Assembly: GCA_030141605.1 (NCBI GenBank)
Contig: JAQGDQ010001015.1
Coordinates: 6,140 to 70,139 of the forward strand
Direction of reading: 5' to 3'
Length of the DNA stretch: 64,000 nt
DNA from: Tubiluchus corallicola
Taxonomy: Eukaryota > Animalia > Priapulida
Part shown: one piece after another, positions 11,818 to 25,899 of the stretch
Layout: each line of letters starts with the position of its first letter
Numbering within the stretch: position 1 is the first letter of the stretch
Translations under genes and position numbers: made by a program
Notes under the pieces: model-generated
Told to the model about the DNA's origin: nothing
The model's input: the letters and a program-made list of their open reading frames with translations, nothing else
Databases searched by the model: none

Positions 11818-14800
11818 GGCGAGGCCACAGCTCCAATGACAGTACCATTCTCGACGTTCTATACATCAAACTAAAGGTCCTGACCAACAGATCTACAATT
11901 GGGGTTTTATTTTTTGACTCTGTCCCACCGTGAGAAGCGGGGGGCGAAAAACCTCCAAAATTGCCATTTTTCGGCCGTTTTTTTTCAAAACTTATGCCTC
12001 TTATTGGTAGAGAACAGGAACAGTGCCAGTAATGGTTTAATAGTGCGTTCAACGGTGGGTGACATTGTCAAAGAATTCGGGGGAGTGCCTCGGTGCCCCG
12101 TGACGGGCGTTTTTTCGGATCCCAAAACGCAAAGTTTGCAGAAAACTGCTCAAACAGTGTCTAGAAAAATTCAATTTGTGCAAGTTGGGCATGTTGGGAA
12201 AAAAAGCGCCCCCACAGAAAGAAGACTAAACGGTCTACAAAATGTTGAAGGTTTTGTTGAGAGAGATGTATACTGAACGAAACGTGAGGGGTGTATTTCG
12301 AAGTAATTTTTTTACCCTCTGTGCTGCACGCTATTTGGAACATCCATTGTCTTTGAGTCTGTGAAATTTCGCGGCTGTTCCAGGCATTGTTGTCACCCGT
12401 CGTTCTACAGTGTCATAGATATACATGTAAGTAAGATCTGTTAGCCTATTATCATCTGGGAAGCAGACTAAGAGCATTTATTATAACACACAGTTTTGAC
12501 TTTGTGGAAAATATTTGAAATGGTTTTGTTGTGATGCTGTGCTGTTGTTGCTGCTGTACGTGTCGTCATTGTTGCCGCCGTCATCATCATCATTGCCTTC
12601 AGCATCATGATCATCATGTAATGTGGTGGGTGTTGTGTGGTGTGGTGGGTGTGGTGTAGTGTGGTCTGAGTGGTGTGGTGTTTGTGATGTGGTGTAAATA
12701 ATCTGGTGGGGGTGATAGGGGTTTTGTGTAGTGTGGTGGGATTTGTTTGTTGCAGGTGGTGTCAATGATATCACATAAAAACAATGATGATGAGAATACA
12801 TTTTTTAGGCTGCTTGTTCAAATTAAAGTTATGTGCCATCCTCTTTCTCTTTCCTTTTTTTAATACTGTCGTATATAAAGTTTGTTACTAGGGTTCTCAT
12901 CTCTTAGGCCATTAATACAAATTAACTGTTCACTTACAGGCATAACTGCAAAAAGAGGCAATATTTTTAAAATATTTTCATAAACAACGTTTCCCTTCTT
13001 TGAAGAGCCTATAAGTTCGAAGTTTGTTACCCTGTCATCATGGTTGTCTCTATAAATCCTTCTTATTAATGCAATAAAACAATCTGCGAGCACTTAATGT
13101 ACCTTCATTAATCCAAGTTTGCTCAAACCCAAGTTTGTACAAAATATTCCTAATGAACGAGACCCAGTTATACACGTTTTCGTAATCTTTTTGTTTACCG
13201 TTTATATATGCATTGTAAATTAGACTACTGCAGGGTCTTTCCAGTATATGTAGCCATCTAAATTGGGTAAATCTAGTTGGGTATATACCCATTTCTGCTC
13301 GTAATATCTGTTTACAAAATTTTAACTGAACAAATTCACTTTTTAATCTGTCAAAATCTGCTCCGAGAGTGTCACGAAAAAATGAATTTTCAGTATTAAA
13401 GGCAGTGGGGCTCCATGTGTGATAATGGACTCAACAAGGGAGATCAATCAATCGGCACATTCATATTGTAAGAGTTTCCCTATTGTTCAGCATGAGTATA
13501 CTGTTCTGATGATGCTCGGAAATCAATGCTAATGTATTTATACATTTATATTTTTGACTTTTTTCGATTAATTTGGCGTTAAAATAAATGAGTTCGTCCT
13601 TTAAGATTTTGCTTGATTTATTAAAGATAATTAATTTAGTTTTGGTTAAGTTAACACTTAGAGCCCATTTATAAGAAGCGAGTTTGTCTAAACACATACG
13701 TAAACCGGTTTCACTATTAGAGACGAGTAAAATATTATTTGCATATAATAAACATTTAAATTTCTCATTAGCTAATTTAACAGGGTCGTAATCTAACGTA
13801 TAGGCACTTGGTAGATCGTTAACAAAACTGGAAAATAAAACTGGACGAAGTACCCAACCTTGTTTTAAACCAAAGTTAGATGAGAAACCTTCTTTAATTC
13901 CTTCAGGCAGCTTGACTGCATGATTACACTTAGAAAACATATTTCTAAGTATAGTCAAAAATTTGCCACTAACGCCATGAATTAAGCATGTCAATCTTTA
14001 TAAAATGTTTGATTTAAAATTACTAGTCGCAGTAATTGTAGTACAGTTCTAACTGCATGTCCAAGTGTAAGTAAGTATTTTCATCAATGACATACAACAA
14101 TGGCTACTAGTCTAACACTTTGTGTTTAGGATAAAGTTTGTACAGCATTTTTGCGATTTGTCAGCTACTTCGTCTGCTATACAGGTTCTGTCAAACAATA
14201 ACTTAACTAACATTTCTATAGGTTTTCCAGGTTTATAAGCAGGCGCACACTTTGTATACAAAGTAAGTATAAGGAAAGTAACAATTTAGCATCTTAATAA
14301 GGAAAGAGGAAGGAGAAAATATACAGCCTTTCTTTTTGGGCGCTTAGATGTGTCTGATTTTACAGGAAGATTTGATTAGGGCGCATCTTCGATTTCAATA
14401 GAAACAATAGAAGCAAAGGGAAAAGATACCATCGGAAGTAAGTGAAGCACTTTCTTCATAGTAATTCGTTTTATGGGATGTTGGTGTAGTGTGGTGTGGG
14501 TGCTGTGGTGTGGTGTGGCTGGTGTATAGTGAGTGGTGTGGAGGGTTGGTGTGGTTGTTGTATTGTGAGTGATGTGGCAGGTTGGTGTAGTGTGATGGGG
14601 GTGGTGTGATGTGGTGTGGATGGTGTGGTGTGGTGGGTGTGGTGTGTTGTGTGGCTGGTGTGGTGTTGTGGTAAGGTATGGGTGGTCTAGTGTTCAACGA
14701 CGGGTATAATAGTCATATTTAGATTTCGCGGGAGGGACAACAATACCCACTACTCATTTTGCGGGACGCCCAAACAGGGAGAAAATAAGCACATAAACAG

Positions 14801-15762
14801 AAAGAGGACGAAACGGTCTACAAAGTACTGGTGGTTTCCCTAGGAGAGATGTATATTGGACGAAGCGGAAGGCGTGTACTTCGAAGTTCTTTTTCTACCC
14901 TCTGTGCTGCACGCTATTTGGAACATCCATTGTCTTTTACTTTGAGAAATTTCGCGGCTGTTCCAGGCATTGTTGTCACCCGTCGTTCTACAGTGTCATA
15001 GATATACATGTAAGATCTGTTAGCCTATTATCATCTGGGAAGCAGGACACAAAACTATGTGGAATGTCCACACATTATTGATTATTGGTAAACAGACTAA
15101 GAGCATTTATTATAACACACAGTTTTGACTTTGAGGAAAATATTTGGAATGGTTTTCTTGTCATGCTGTGCTGTTGGTGCTTTAGGTGTCGTCATTGTTG
15201 CCGCCATCATCATCATCATCGCCTTCAACATCATGATCACCATGTGATGTGGTGGGTGTTGTGTGGTGTGGTGGTGGTGGTGGTGGTGGTGGTGTGCTGT
15301 GGGTGTTGTGCTGTGGATGGCATGGTGGGGTGGTAAGGTGTGCATGAAGTTTGTTGGAGTAGTGTCGTGGGTGTGGTGTAGTATGGTCTGAGTGGTGTGG
15401 TGTGGGTGGTATGCTGTGAGTGGAGCAGTGTATTGGAGCGGTGTGGGTGGTGTGGTGTGAGTGGGGTGGTGGATGGATGTGTGGTGTGGTGTGGGTGGTA
15501 TGCTGTGAGTGGTGCAGTGCGTTGGAGTTGTGTGGGTGGTGTGGTGTGAGTGGGGTGGTGTGTGGATGTGTGGTGTGGTGTGGGTGGTGTGGTGAGTGGG
15601 GTATGTTGTGTGGTGCAGTGCGCTAATGTAAAGGTGGTATGGTGTGGGTGGTGTGGCGTATTGAGATTGGTGATTCAAGTTGGCGTGGTGTTGTCTGGGT
15701 TATTGTTGTTAGTTTTTCGGAGATATATATATCCCCCAGGTGATAGTGAATTAAAGTTATAT

Positions 15763-15795
<33 letters not shown>

Positions 15796-15800
15796 CGGAT
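10643..15800. repeat. Three related copies of a non-coding element with CAT and GTG/TGG-rich low-complexity tracts (~11270-11815, 12210-12760, 14790-15795)
   Basis: All copies share the core agcatttatt.tagcacacagttt.gactttg.ggaaaat.tttg.aatggtttt followed by (CAT)n and (GTG/TGGTG)n. 12210-12480 matches 14790-15060. (TA)n at 11777-11814 and ~15770-15795. TTAACCCTTT at 10643 resembles a piggyBac-type end, but no partner end was found. Confidence 0.7.
12860..13994 (-). mobile_element. Decayed LINE reverse transcriptase 3' fragment
   Basis: GLKQGWVLRPVLF, CLLYANNILL (YADD degraded to YANN) and LSVNLTKTK. Downstream frameshifted pieces include WVSFIRNILYKLGFEQTW. Confidence 0.85.
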
Positions 15801-15879
15801 GAGGCTACAGCACAAAATATTTCGCGGGTCCTTTGCTTTTGAAGTACTGTGCTGACACACAGATGATGCCTTACAAGAA

Positions 15880-18190
15880 AGGAAGATTTTAATCCCTCGC
15901 AATTCTGTCTAGAACTTAATATTGACTGACAATGATAACGTCATTTTTTTAGTGGTTCAGCAAGTTTCAAAATAAACTTAGCAGCGTGAGAACTACTGGG
16001 AAATGACCAGCCTTGAAATGCTCACCAAAATAAACACTGATGTTCCAATTAATGCAATAACAATTTTGCAACTTTCTAATTATTGAGTGAACTTTTGTGT
16101 TTTTTAAAATAATCTTTTCTCACAACAACGGTTTTTTCATTACTCTTGACCTTGTCGCTGCAGCTCTGCTGTACTCTCGTTGTTGTTGTTGTTGCTGTTG
16201 TTGCTGCTGCTCCTGCTGCTGATAGTGGTAATGATGTTGATAATTAAGATGATGTCGCTCAACCTCCACCACCACCAAAATTGTTCTTGTTTATAACGAC
16301 TCAATGCTTTTATAGTAATACTCTACATATCTTTTTAAACTGTAGACAAACCAAAACTAGGAGAATTCTAACCAACAGCTAAATCTTTTCTCATGGAATC
16401 TTGAGTAATCAGTTCTTAATTTAATCCGGGAAAATGCAGCTGTCTGGCAGCTCTGTTTATTTTAGTATTCAATGTCGGCTTTAAGATGTTTGCAGACAAC
16501 TATAATCACAGCAGCTTATTATAAAATTTCATGCATCTCTTTGTTAGGCGGCTACAAAGCAATCAGAATTATTTCTCAGACTTAAATTATTAGAAATTAG
16601 AATCACTTATTTTAGAAACTCTTATATCTAGGACGTGAGCTTTGTCTGTAGCTCGCGGTTCAAATACTTTATAAGCGCTTAAACAAACTGGAAAAGTTCT
16701 TAAGAAACAAGACAAACAAAGTGACGTCAAAGAAATAAAGAAATTCTATAGAAAGACACAACGTGGCACAATTGACATGAAATGGCCAAGACGCCAATGA
16801 TCTATTGTCACCAGCCGTCCATTCACCTAAAAGCATTTTGTGGAGGGACCGAAAACTAAACAATACTGTAAACATGTTACGTAGCTCGGCATCTCCTATA
16901 CAGGAGAAACTCTTGACAGCCTTTACTCATCAAGTTTCTTTATTTCTATAATTGTGTTAATTTTAATAGTTTTGTTGCACTTTAATCAGTTTGCCTAATG
17001 CAGCGCTTTGTTGTTTAAATCTTAATAGAAACAATCAGTTGTTGTTCATAAAGTAAATGTTACCTAGGAGTTTCATCAGAAATTTGAACAATGGCGCTGT
17101 ATAAACGCACTCTCTGAAAGATTAAATTTCTTGTGAAATTAATCTGATCTGTAAATATTCTACACCCAAAGTAAAATTTTAATCATCAGCAACCCCGCTA
17201 GGAATTTAACAATAAGTGAAATCTCGAGAAGTATTTACCCGAGAAGCGAGTCACGCAAAGCAAACAAAGGCTTTAATCTTCAACAATTGAAATTTTGTCA
17301 AGTATTAAGCTGAGATGCAGTTTATACCGTCACGTCCTCAACACACAAAGGAGAATTTTGATCCGTAAAACAAATTGTCTGCGATCAAGCAACAGTTCAA
17401 TAATCTCTCTTTTCAAATTTATTCAACAGATTTCATAATAATTTTGGCAGCGTGAGAAATTATGGGTAACGACCAACCTTGAAACTCCCACGATAAACAG
17501 TTTACACAAATACGAGTTGCGATTTTTCAAATGTTTGATATTTTAAAAACATTTTTGGCACAGCTATTGTCTCATTGATCATTGCTACTAGTTACTGCTA
17601 CTAATTATTGCTTTTAACGATTATATTATAATGATGTAACATGCAAAACTGATGTCTGCGCAAAGAGTATAGATGTCTATAAAGCTGTAATACCATTAAA
17701 CACATTTTCATAAATGAATTGCAGGCGGATTCATGCCTTGCACGATTGGTGAGACTTGGATACTCATTGTGACGGTTTCATTTGCTGTGCTGCTGATCCT
17801 GGTTGTTTGCACTGCAAAGAGAGGACGTTTCACACACGAACATGGCTGAGACTCCTCTCGCAGTTCAGTGACTCATCTTCAGCCTTTGCCTTTGTGAATG
17901 TGCCAGCTTCAACTTAGCCCACATCACAAACATCTCAATTTTCCAATATCTTTACTTCGACATATTATTACGACGTGAGTGTGTCATAATTTCAGAAAAG
18001 TTGTCTTGAAGTAGTATGTACAATAAAGCTCAAGTTTTAGAAGAAATATCTGACAGTGTAAACATTAACGTTCCTTCAAAGTCATTCAACACAAAGAGCT
18101 TTGAAAGATGCTGCAATGTTTATTTAAAACAAGTTTTCCTCCTTCGTGCTGAAGATGTGAAAAATGCTGAATTTAACCGTAGATCTTGTG
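15880..18190 (+). pseudogene. More divergent TLR-like pseudogene remnants (LRR, LRR-CT, TM, TIR)
   Basis: EMTSLEML (~16000); GRELCL (~16630) and MKWP...ILWR (~16780-16850), both TIR-like; Cys-rich VTCKTDVC (~17635); TM helix TWILIVTVSFAVLLILVVCTAKR (~17755-17825); then EEISDSVN..VPSKSF...VFLL..EDV (18016-18170). ~15980-16040 matches ~17445-17500. Confidence 0.5.
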
Positions 18191-21100
18191 TCAATACATT
18201 AGACTGGGAACTAAGATAAAGACGCCTGGGAAAGAGTTAAGTAAATATAGCAGAGTGATTACATGGGTCTTGAATTTCAAAAGCCCGCATTCCACACCTG
18301 GGAAAGAGGAAAGCTGAACAAATGCAGACAAGACTGTTAACAGTGTACGACATTCCAGGAAAATTGACGTAAGCTTTTCTACAAAGGAGCGTGAAGTAAA
18401 AACATTTCTCATTATTCCATCACTTTCTGGTATAACAGCCTCCCTCTCACATTAGATTTCACCTTAACTCACGTTTAATATCACTTACTGTTTATGAGAA
18501 ACTTTAAACTACGTAACTGATTCGCGATCACTAATCTTGCACAAAGAGATGCAACACAATGTGGTTTTCTGCATCCCAATTCACTGAGAGCAAAAGTCAG
18601 AAATCCAGTTGCTGACCAGTTTCATTTTTGCTTAACCTTGCAAATCAAAGTCTGTGATCAATCATACTGTCATACATGCCATTATTTTTTCTCTTTGAAG
18701 TAAAGCTTGTAATAATAAAACCACCTGGGAAATACGATGTTTTGATAAGACTAAAAGGATTATAAGCACAATAAGTGAGTTTGAGTTTTTAGCTTTGAAA
18801 GCATTTTGACGTATTTGCATTGAAAACAAAGAGGGAAAAACCAGATTGTTTTACCATCATAATAAAGACTAAGCTGCGTTATAATAATAGGTGTTTAAAC
18901 AAGACACAGACAATTTTAATTGTTCAAGCACAAGAGCAAACGTGGCTCGACACGAAAAGAGTAAACCTGTAAAGTGATTTGTTTGCTGAAGACAGAAATT
19001 GTCCCTCTCTGGCGCCAACTCTGTTATTATTAAAACTCAATGACAACGGATGATTTTTGTCCGCTCTTTAGTATGAATACTACTGTTTTTACATTGTGTT
19101 GTTATAATTAATGGATGCTGCGAATAAATGGTCTCTTAGCCATATTTGAGTATACGATAAACGATGTTTTGATAGAAATTATGAGCAATTTAGATCATGG
19201 AGAGAACATTTTGTGTGGCAGACACTGTGCCACAAAATCCTGTAGCAAAAATGTGCCCAGACAAAGAAATTCTAGTTTTGACTGTAGAACAGATTCGTGC
19301 AGAGAAAATAATTATCTCAGAATTAAATGAAAATACAAGAATACTGATGTAGTTTATACCGCCGCCACCACTCACAATTAAATTTGGCAGTGTATCATGA
19401 AAATACACATTTATTTAAGAACCAGGTTCAGTTGTCATTAATTTTCGTGAATTTTCATGAATCTGCCAAAATAGTTGTTGGAAATTTTCATTATGCATGC
19501 ATTTCATGTATTTTTTTGGCATTCATTTTTGGGTACAAACACTGGATGGTGAAAATATTTGATCAAACCTGGGGGTCTGCATAGAGCGTGGCAGAAACGA
19601 GGTGTTCTCGTGCATGTGCAGGAGCAGTGAGTGTAGTGAAGCGCACATGAATGCTCATGCGCAGAACTGGCAAACGATTCATGACTCAACAATTTATTAC
19701 TTTCAAGACTTATACTAACTTTCTGCACAACGCAAAATCAGGCAAAAATTTTAGCGCTAGATTAGAAAAATTGAAAAATGCAAACTGGTATGCAGTCGGT
19801 ACAGCAAGCCTCTACCCCTGGGTCAATTTTAATTAAGAGGAAAGGACACAAAATCTTGTTGAAAGTACTGATACTTAGCAGGGTTTAAGTACCTTGGCAG
19901 GTACTGCTCAGAAAGAATAAGGAAAGTAGGAAATCAGATTTAGTAAATCAGCTGATTCAGTCTTGATGTGGAATATTTAATCGGTAAACTTGTGGATTAT
20001 TTTGCATTGGAAAAAAACTGTAAACTGCCAAGAAAGAAATCAGATTAAATTAACGACCAACATGATTAGTTGCTCTGTCACATTATAGAGTAACAATACA
20101 TCATACAATGAAGATGATAAGGTATAAAACTATGCAACATAGAGTTAGTAAATCGTAATTGAAATTTTAGTATAAATAAACATCAGACATATGAATATTG
20201 AAAAACGAAAAGTATAAATATTTATTGATATTAAAAAGGCTTTTCGTTTATTAAAAAATGATTTGTGATTATTCAGAATTGCTTTATTTGTATTCAATGA
20301 TAAGTGCAAAATGTGTGCTTGCAAAGCATATTCGTCCATTGCTCGGCAGTTACTCCTTATGCCATTCTAGACTCACCATATTTACTGTATTCTCTCTACC
20401 CTTGAAAAACCAGGTAATATGAGAGATGTGCTTTTTTCAGCAGCCACCCAACTATTTAGTTGTAAGGTCCTATAGTGCCTAACTTTTATCACTAGATATT
20501 CTTCACGCCACCTCTCAACTTGTTCAACATCGCCCGCAGTTACCCAAAAAGTAACTACCTGTTAGATTTACCCAAAAGAGTAGAATATCTTCTCTTGGCA
20601 TAAACCTTCGGGGTTATTCTCGATCTTTTAAGAAACTTTCGAAAATCGTCGTATATTATGAAGAAATTATTTTCCGTTACTATTCCTGGTGCCTCTTCCT
20701 GAGTTTTCTCATGTTTTGATTTCTTTAAGTTAATTTTAAATGTGAGTGCACTCTCGATGCATGTTTAACATCATTGATGAAGATAGAATTTAAAATTTCT
20801 TTGAAAGTTTTTAGCCAGAAGAACTTTATATATTACAGAAAGCTGCAGTTTTAGGAAGTCTGCAAATTTGCATTACGTCAGAAGTTTAGCAAATTTTACT
20901 CAACCAAGATATTAAATTTTGGCTATAGTTCAGTGCTATATAATAAATCATGAATAATAAATTAGCGTTTTTGATGAAATAGACCTCTTTGAGGCATTTT
21001 TGACTGGGAAACAATCCTGAGAATTTTGATGTTTTTGTGAAACCCCGTGAATTTGTAGAATTAAAAATACTAAATCTCTGGCAAAAGAGATTACATAATG

Positions 21101-22730
21101 TTGATAAGTTGTAAAAGTGTTACTATCGTGCAGCACAATTTAGTTAAAATGCCCTTCTCAAGGCAAAGTTTAGAGTCGCTATTATTTTTAATAGTTCGCA
21201 TAGTAAACAAAAGTCCTACACAAAATTAGTCCTACCTGAAACTTCCCCTGGGAGTTCCAGGTAGGCAGCTTATCCAAACAAAAAACCTTCTACATTCTAT
21301 TGACTTTCGTGTCTGTATTTGCTTTCCATCTCTTCTAACTCTTTCACTTGGAGTTCCAGATTAACTAAACAAAAAAGATTCTCCCGTCTATTGATAATAT
21401 TGTCTGTCTTTTAACCCATTCTTTCCAGTATTTAAACAGGGCGCAACTAGGGCAAAACAGTCGTATAACCTTTATCGCTAGATATTCTTCACGCCACCTG
21501 CAGATCAAATGTAGTTCCGTCTGAGAGCACTGGGAATAGAGCTTTGTTATCAAAGCGAGGTGTGTTCTATTATTTTTGTTGGAAGTTTTATGCTTGTAAT
21601 AATATATCTCCCTGGGAAACATGTTTTGTTAAGATTGAAAGGAATGTATTTTTAGATTTGAAAGCTTTTCAAAGTGTTTGTATAGCAAATATTGGGGTAA
21701 AAGCTTTTCCTATGATAATAAAGGGCGAGACAGCTTAATAATAATTCCTGTTTGGATAAAGCGGAGAAATCTGAAAGTGCTCAGGAACGTGAACAAAAGA
21801 CTCTTTACATTCTGTTTTATTCAAGTTCTGTTATTGATTTTGAGCATTGTTAAACTGCTGGAAGTGGCTCGGAAGTAAAGAAAATATTTTCCCACATTTT
21901 AACATCTTGTGCAATTTACCCACACTGAATTTACCCCCTACCTGAACACCTGGGAATGATCACAGGGAATAGTTAAGTAAGAAAAATTGAATGAACCGAA
22001 TGCCCTATAACTGAGAAGGATTTTGGAACATTTTTGTTTTTCCAATGAAAAATTTACATTTTGCCAAATTTGCTGATACCGTTACATATGAAACTGTGTT
22101 AACCAGATGTAATTGAAAATGCTGGGGGGGGGGAAATTTTTGTAAATCATTTCAGCATCATTTCAAATTCTATATGCCATTGATTCAAAATTATTAATAG
22201 GTTTCTGTAAACTTGCAGTGAATATTTTTCCATGTTATTAAGTTCATGGGCAAATCAACCACTCAAGAATTGCTACCCCTGTGACAAGAAAGAGCTTTCA
22301 AATCCGAGGCCCATAAATATTCGTCTTAGAACTTGTTTTGTTTGTGTTGGGATGTGAAAAATTTCTAAAATTTACTTAAAATTATCTTGTGTCAATAAAT
22401 CAGCCTAGGAGCCTAAAGAAAGACTCCACCGAAAGAGTTAAGAAAATAAAGCAGAACAATTACACACTTAAACTTCAAAGCCTGCATTCCATACCTGGGA
22501 AAGATTTAAGAAAACATAGCAGAGTATTTACAGACTTGAATTTTAATATATTGAATTTCTGCAAATATATGGGTAAAAACCAGACTCTTTTGCCATGATA
22601 ACAAAGGAGAGGCTGTGTAATAATAATAGCTGTTTAGATAAGAGGTGAGGTATTTAAAGTGCTCTACCACTTGAGCAAACATGGCTCGATATGAAAGAGT
22701 AATTTTCTAAAGTGAATTGTTTGAAGAAGA
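18180..22730. pseudogene. Mosaic of TLR-like pseudogene fragments in both orientations (18180-19100 -, 19100-19840 +, 20340-20520 -, 21220-21460 +, 21470-22600 -)
   Basis: Nucleotide homology to the copies at 1-8 kb and 26-28.5 kb. LRR motif LSCLYLLSISSNSF at ~21304-21346. LRR-CT-like LDHGENILCGRHC at ~19190. TIR-like AFIFGY..W.VK..VCIERGR at ~19520-19610. Confidence 0.5.
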
Positions 22731-22734
22731 GCTC

Positions 22735-24900
22735 TCATGTGCATCATTTCTTCCATACGCATCGCTACACTCAGTGCTCCAGCATGTGTGCGAATGCAAC
22801 ACGTCTCTGTCGTGCTCTACACAGGCAGGCATACTTGGGTAAAATATTTTCGTCATCTAATGAATGTACACTATCCAATAATGAATGTCGAGAAGTAGTA
22901 GAAAAGGCTGAATAATGAAAACTGTGTTAGTAAATTTCAAGGATTAAACCAAACAAAACCTTGTACTTAAATAAATCTGTGTCTTCTTGTTACACTGGCA
23001 AATATTTTGTGGGAGGGCTGTAGGCGGCAAAAATGCATCACTAGTCTTGTATCTGCTTTAGGTCTGTACGAGACAGTATAGGAATCTTAACTCATGTCAA
23101 AACTAGATTTTTTTCTTATTCCTGGGCTCATTTTTGGCACACAATGTGCGCAACACAGAAAGTTCTGTCCATGATTTAAATTAGATCTAAGGACAATTTA
23201 TTCACATCAATAATTAATAACCACAAGACAATATCAAGTCAAAGAAAGCAATGCAAGAGTAAGATTATTCATACTAAAGAGCAGATAAAAATAATCCGAA
23301 GTTTTTGAATTTGAATGATAACAGGGTTGATGCCAGGTGATTGATATTTGAGAGACAATTTCTGTCTTCAGCAAACAAATCACTTTACGCATACGCTACA
23401 CTCAGTGCTCCAGCATGTGTACGAAGGGAATGCATCTCTGCCATGCTCTGCATAGACTTGCATATACTTGGGTAAAATATTTTCATCAACTAATGAATGT
23501 ACACTATCCAATAATGAATGTCGAGATGTAGTAGAAAAGGCTGAATAATGAAAACTGTGTTAGTGAATTTCAAGGATTAAACCAAACAAAACCTTGTACT
23601 TAAATAAATCTGTGTCTTCTTGCTACACTGGCAAATATATTTGGGTGTGCGGTAGGTGGCAAAAATGCATAACTAGTCTTGTATCTGCTTTAGGTCTGTA
23701 CGAGACAGTATGTGCGCAACACAGAAAGTTCTGTCCATGATTTAAATTAGATCTAAGGGACAATTTATTTACAACAATAATTAATAACCACAAGACAATA
23801 TCAAGTCAAAGAAAGCAATGCAAAAGTAAGACTATTCATACTAAAGAGCAGACAAAAATAATCCGAAGTTTTTTAATTTGAATGATAACAGGGGTGGCGC
23901 CAGGAGATTGATATTAGAGAGACAATTTCTGTCTTCAGCAAACAAATCACTTTAGAGAATTACTCTTTCATATTGAGCCATGTTTGGTCATGTGATTGAA
24001 CACTTGTCTTGTTATTGTGCCTATAAATCCTTTTAGTCTTATAAAACTTGGCATTTCCCATGCGGTTATATTATTACAAATCTCACTTCAAACATTGTTT
24101 AACAATTTTGATTTTAAATGCATAATACTAAATCAAAAAACAATCGTTTTTTCTCAACTCACTTGCGTACTTCTTAATCACTACTGGTTGTTGTTAATTA
24201 TTATTTTTTGATAAATTTTTGCACTTAATATTTTCTTCTTGTTGTTCAGTATTTACTTTAAAAAATAAATTTGTTTCTGGTTTATCGCACCAAATGAAAG
24301 CTGTTCTGCTGCTTTTCTAATATTGTTTTGGGCACGTCCACAGTAAGGATTTGTGTCATTTACTGTTTATTCAGTCTGATCCAGGGGTAGAGCCATGCTG
24401 TGCTAGCTGTTAAATTCTACAATTTTCTTAATATAGTGTTAAATTTTTCCCGATTTTGCGCAGCCAATAAAAGTCTTTAAAGTAATAATTTGAAAAGTCA
24501 TGTGTACGAAGGGAACGCGTCTCTGCCATGCTCTGCATAGACAGGCTTACTTGGGTAAAATATTTAATGAATGTACACTATCCAATAATGAATGTCGAGA
24601 AGTAGTAGAAAAGGCTGCATGATGAAAACTGTGTTAGTAAATTTCAAGGATTAGAGCAAACAAAACCTTGTACATAAATAAGTCTGTGTCTTCTTGTTAC
24701 GCTGATAAATATATTTGGGGGTGCGGGAGGTGGTAAAAATGCATCACTAGTCTTGTATCTGCTTTAGGTCTGTACGAGACAGTATAGGAATCTTAACTCA
24801 TGTCAAAACTCGATTTTTTTCTTATTCCTGGGTTCATTTTTGGCACACAATGTGCGCAACACAGAAAGTTCTGTCCATGATTTAAATTAGATCCAGTTTC
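22735..24900. repeat. Local triplication of a ~400-700 bp block of TLR-like pseudogene sequence
   Basis: 22735-23390, 23390-24060 and 24500-24900 share long near-identical stretches, e.g. aatgaatgtacactatccaataatgaatgtcgaga...gtatctgctttaggtctgtacgagacagtat. Confidence 0.85.
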
Positions 24901-25899
24901 TGTCAATGATCGTATACTCAAATAAGCCAAAGAGATTTTTTAAACATCCGTTGATAACAACAAGACTATTTCAAATCAATGAAAGCAATGTTAATTTAAG
25001 ATTCAGTTCAAGAGTTTATTCATTTCCACTTTGCATCTTACAATTATCATTAAAATACAGATAATTATCCATTTAAGTAAATATAAATATAAATAAATGC
25101 AGTGTTATCGAGAAATTACAAAATGCAGCATATACATGTGCAAATTACATTATAGAATAATTGTGATGCATACAGTTTGAGCCTAAAATCACGGCTTGAC
25201 AGGCCAAACTGTACGTGGAAATCTTAAAAAAAAGTGGGGGGAGTAGTAATTTCAAGAATTTATGAAATGGTTGACCGATATTTGGAAATACAGTGAATAC
25301 CTTGGCTACACAAGTTAATACTTACTAAATAATTGACCTAGAGTAAATTATTTTCCATCTCCTTTATAGGAACTAGTGTGCCCAATTTTATAAGCAGTGA
25401 TGATTATGCAGTGATATAGTGCATTATTAGTAACATTTATTATAACGATCATGATGATGATGATGGCGACGAAGAAGTTGATGATACTCATGATGATGAT
25501 CTAGGTGATGATCATAATGGTGATGATGATGATGATGACGACGTTGATTAGTGATAATGATTATTGTTATTGTTAATATGACTCCTTTTCTGGTTCCTTT
25601 TACAAACTCACTTGTAGTTTTTTTACAATTTTTTTCTACAAACTCAAATTTTTCTACAGACAGCCACTTATCTGCACTGTCCAAAAAATATAATGGCAAA
25701 TGCCCCCTTGTAATAAGCTTATTCTATAACTTGCTGAATATGGTTATCAGTGGTCATCGACTGTAAATATAAATAAAACTCAAGCAGTTATTTCTTATAA
25801 AACAGGCAAAAATTTAAAAAAATATAATTTTTGCTTTAAGGATTGAAACTTTTGAAAGTAAAAGAAAAATAAGTATTTAGTTTTAGAGTTCGGTAATTT

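Noticed and set aside
11342-15902. His/Thr/Pro-rich and Val/Trp/Cys-rich ORFs
   Set aside because: Translations of GTG/CAC low-complexity tracts. Frames are not conserved among the three copies.
21544-21878. Plus-strand reading KIERNVFLDLKAFQSVCIANIGVKAFP as a glycoprotein-hormone-receptor LRR
   Set aside because: Colinearity with the 25.9-28.5 kb copy and the TM/TIR order indicate that the opposite strand is coding. This is probably an antisense look-alike, though not fully excluded.
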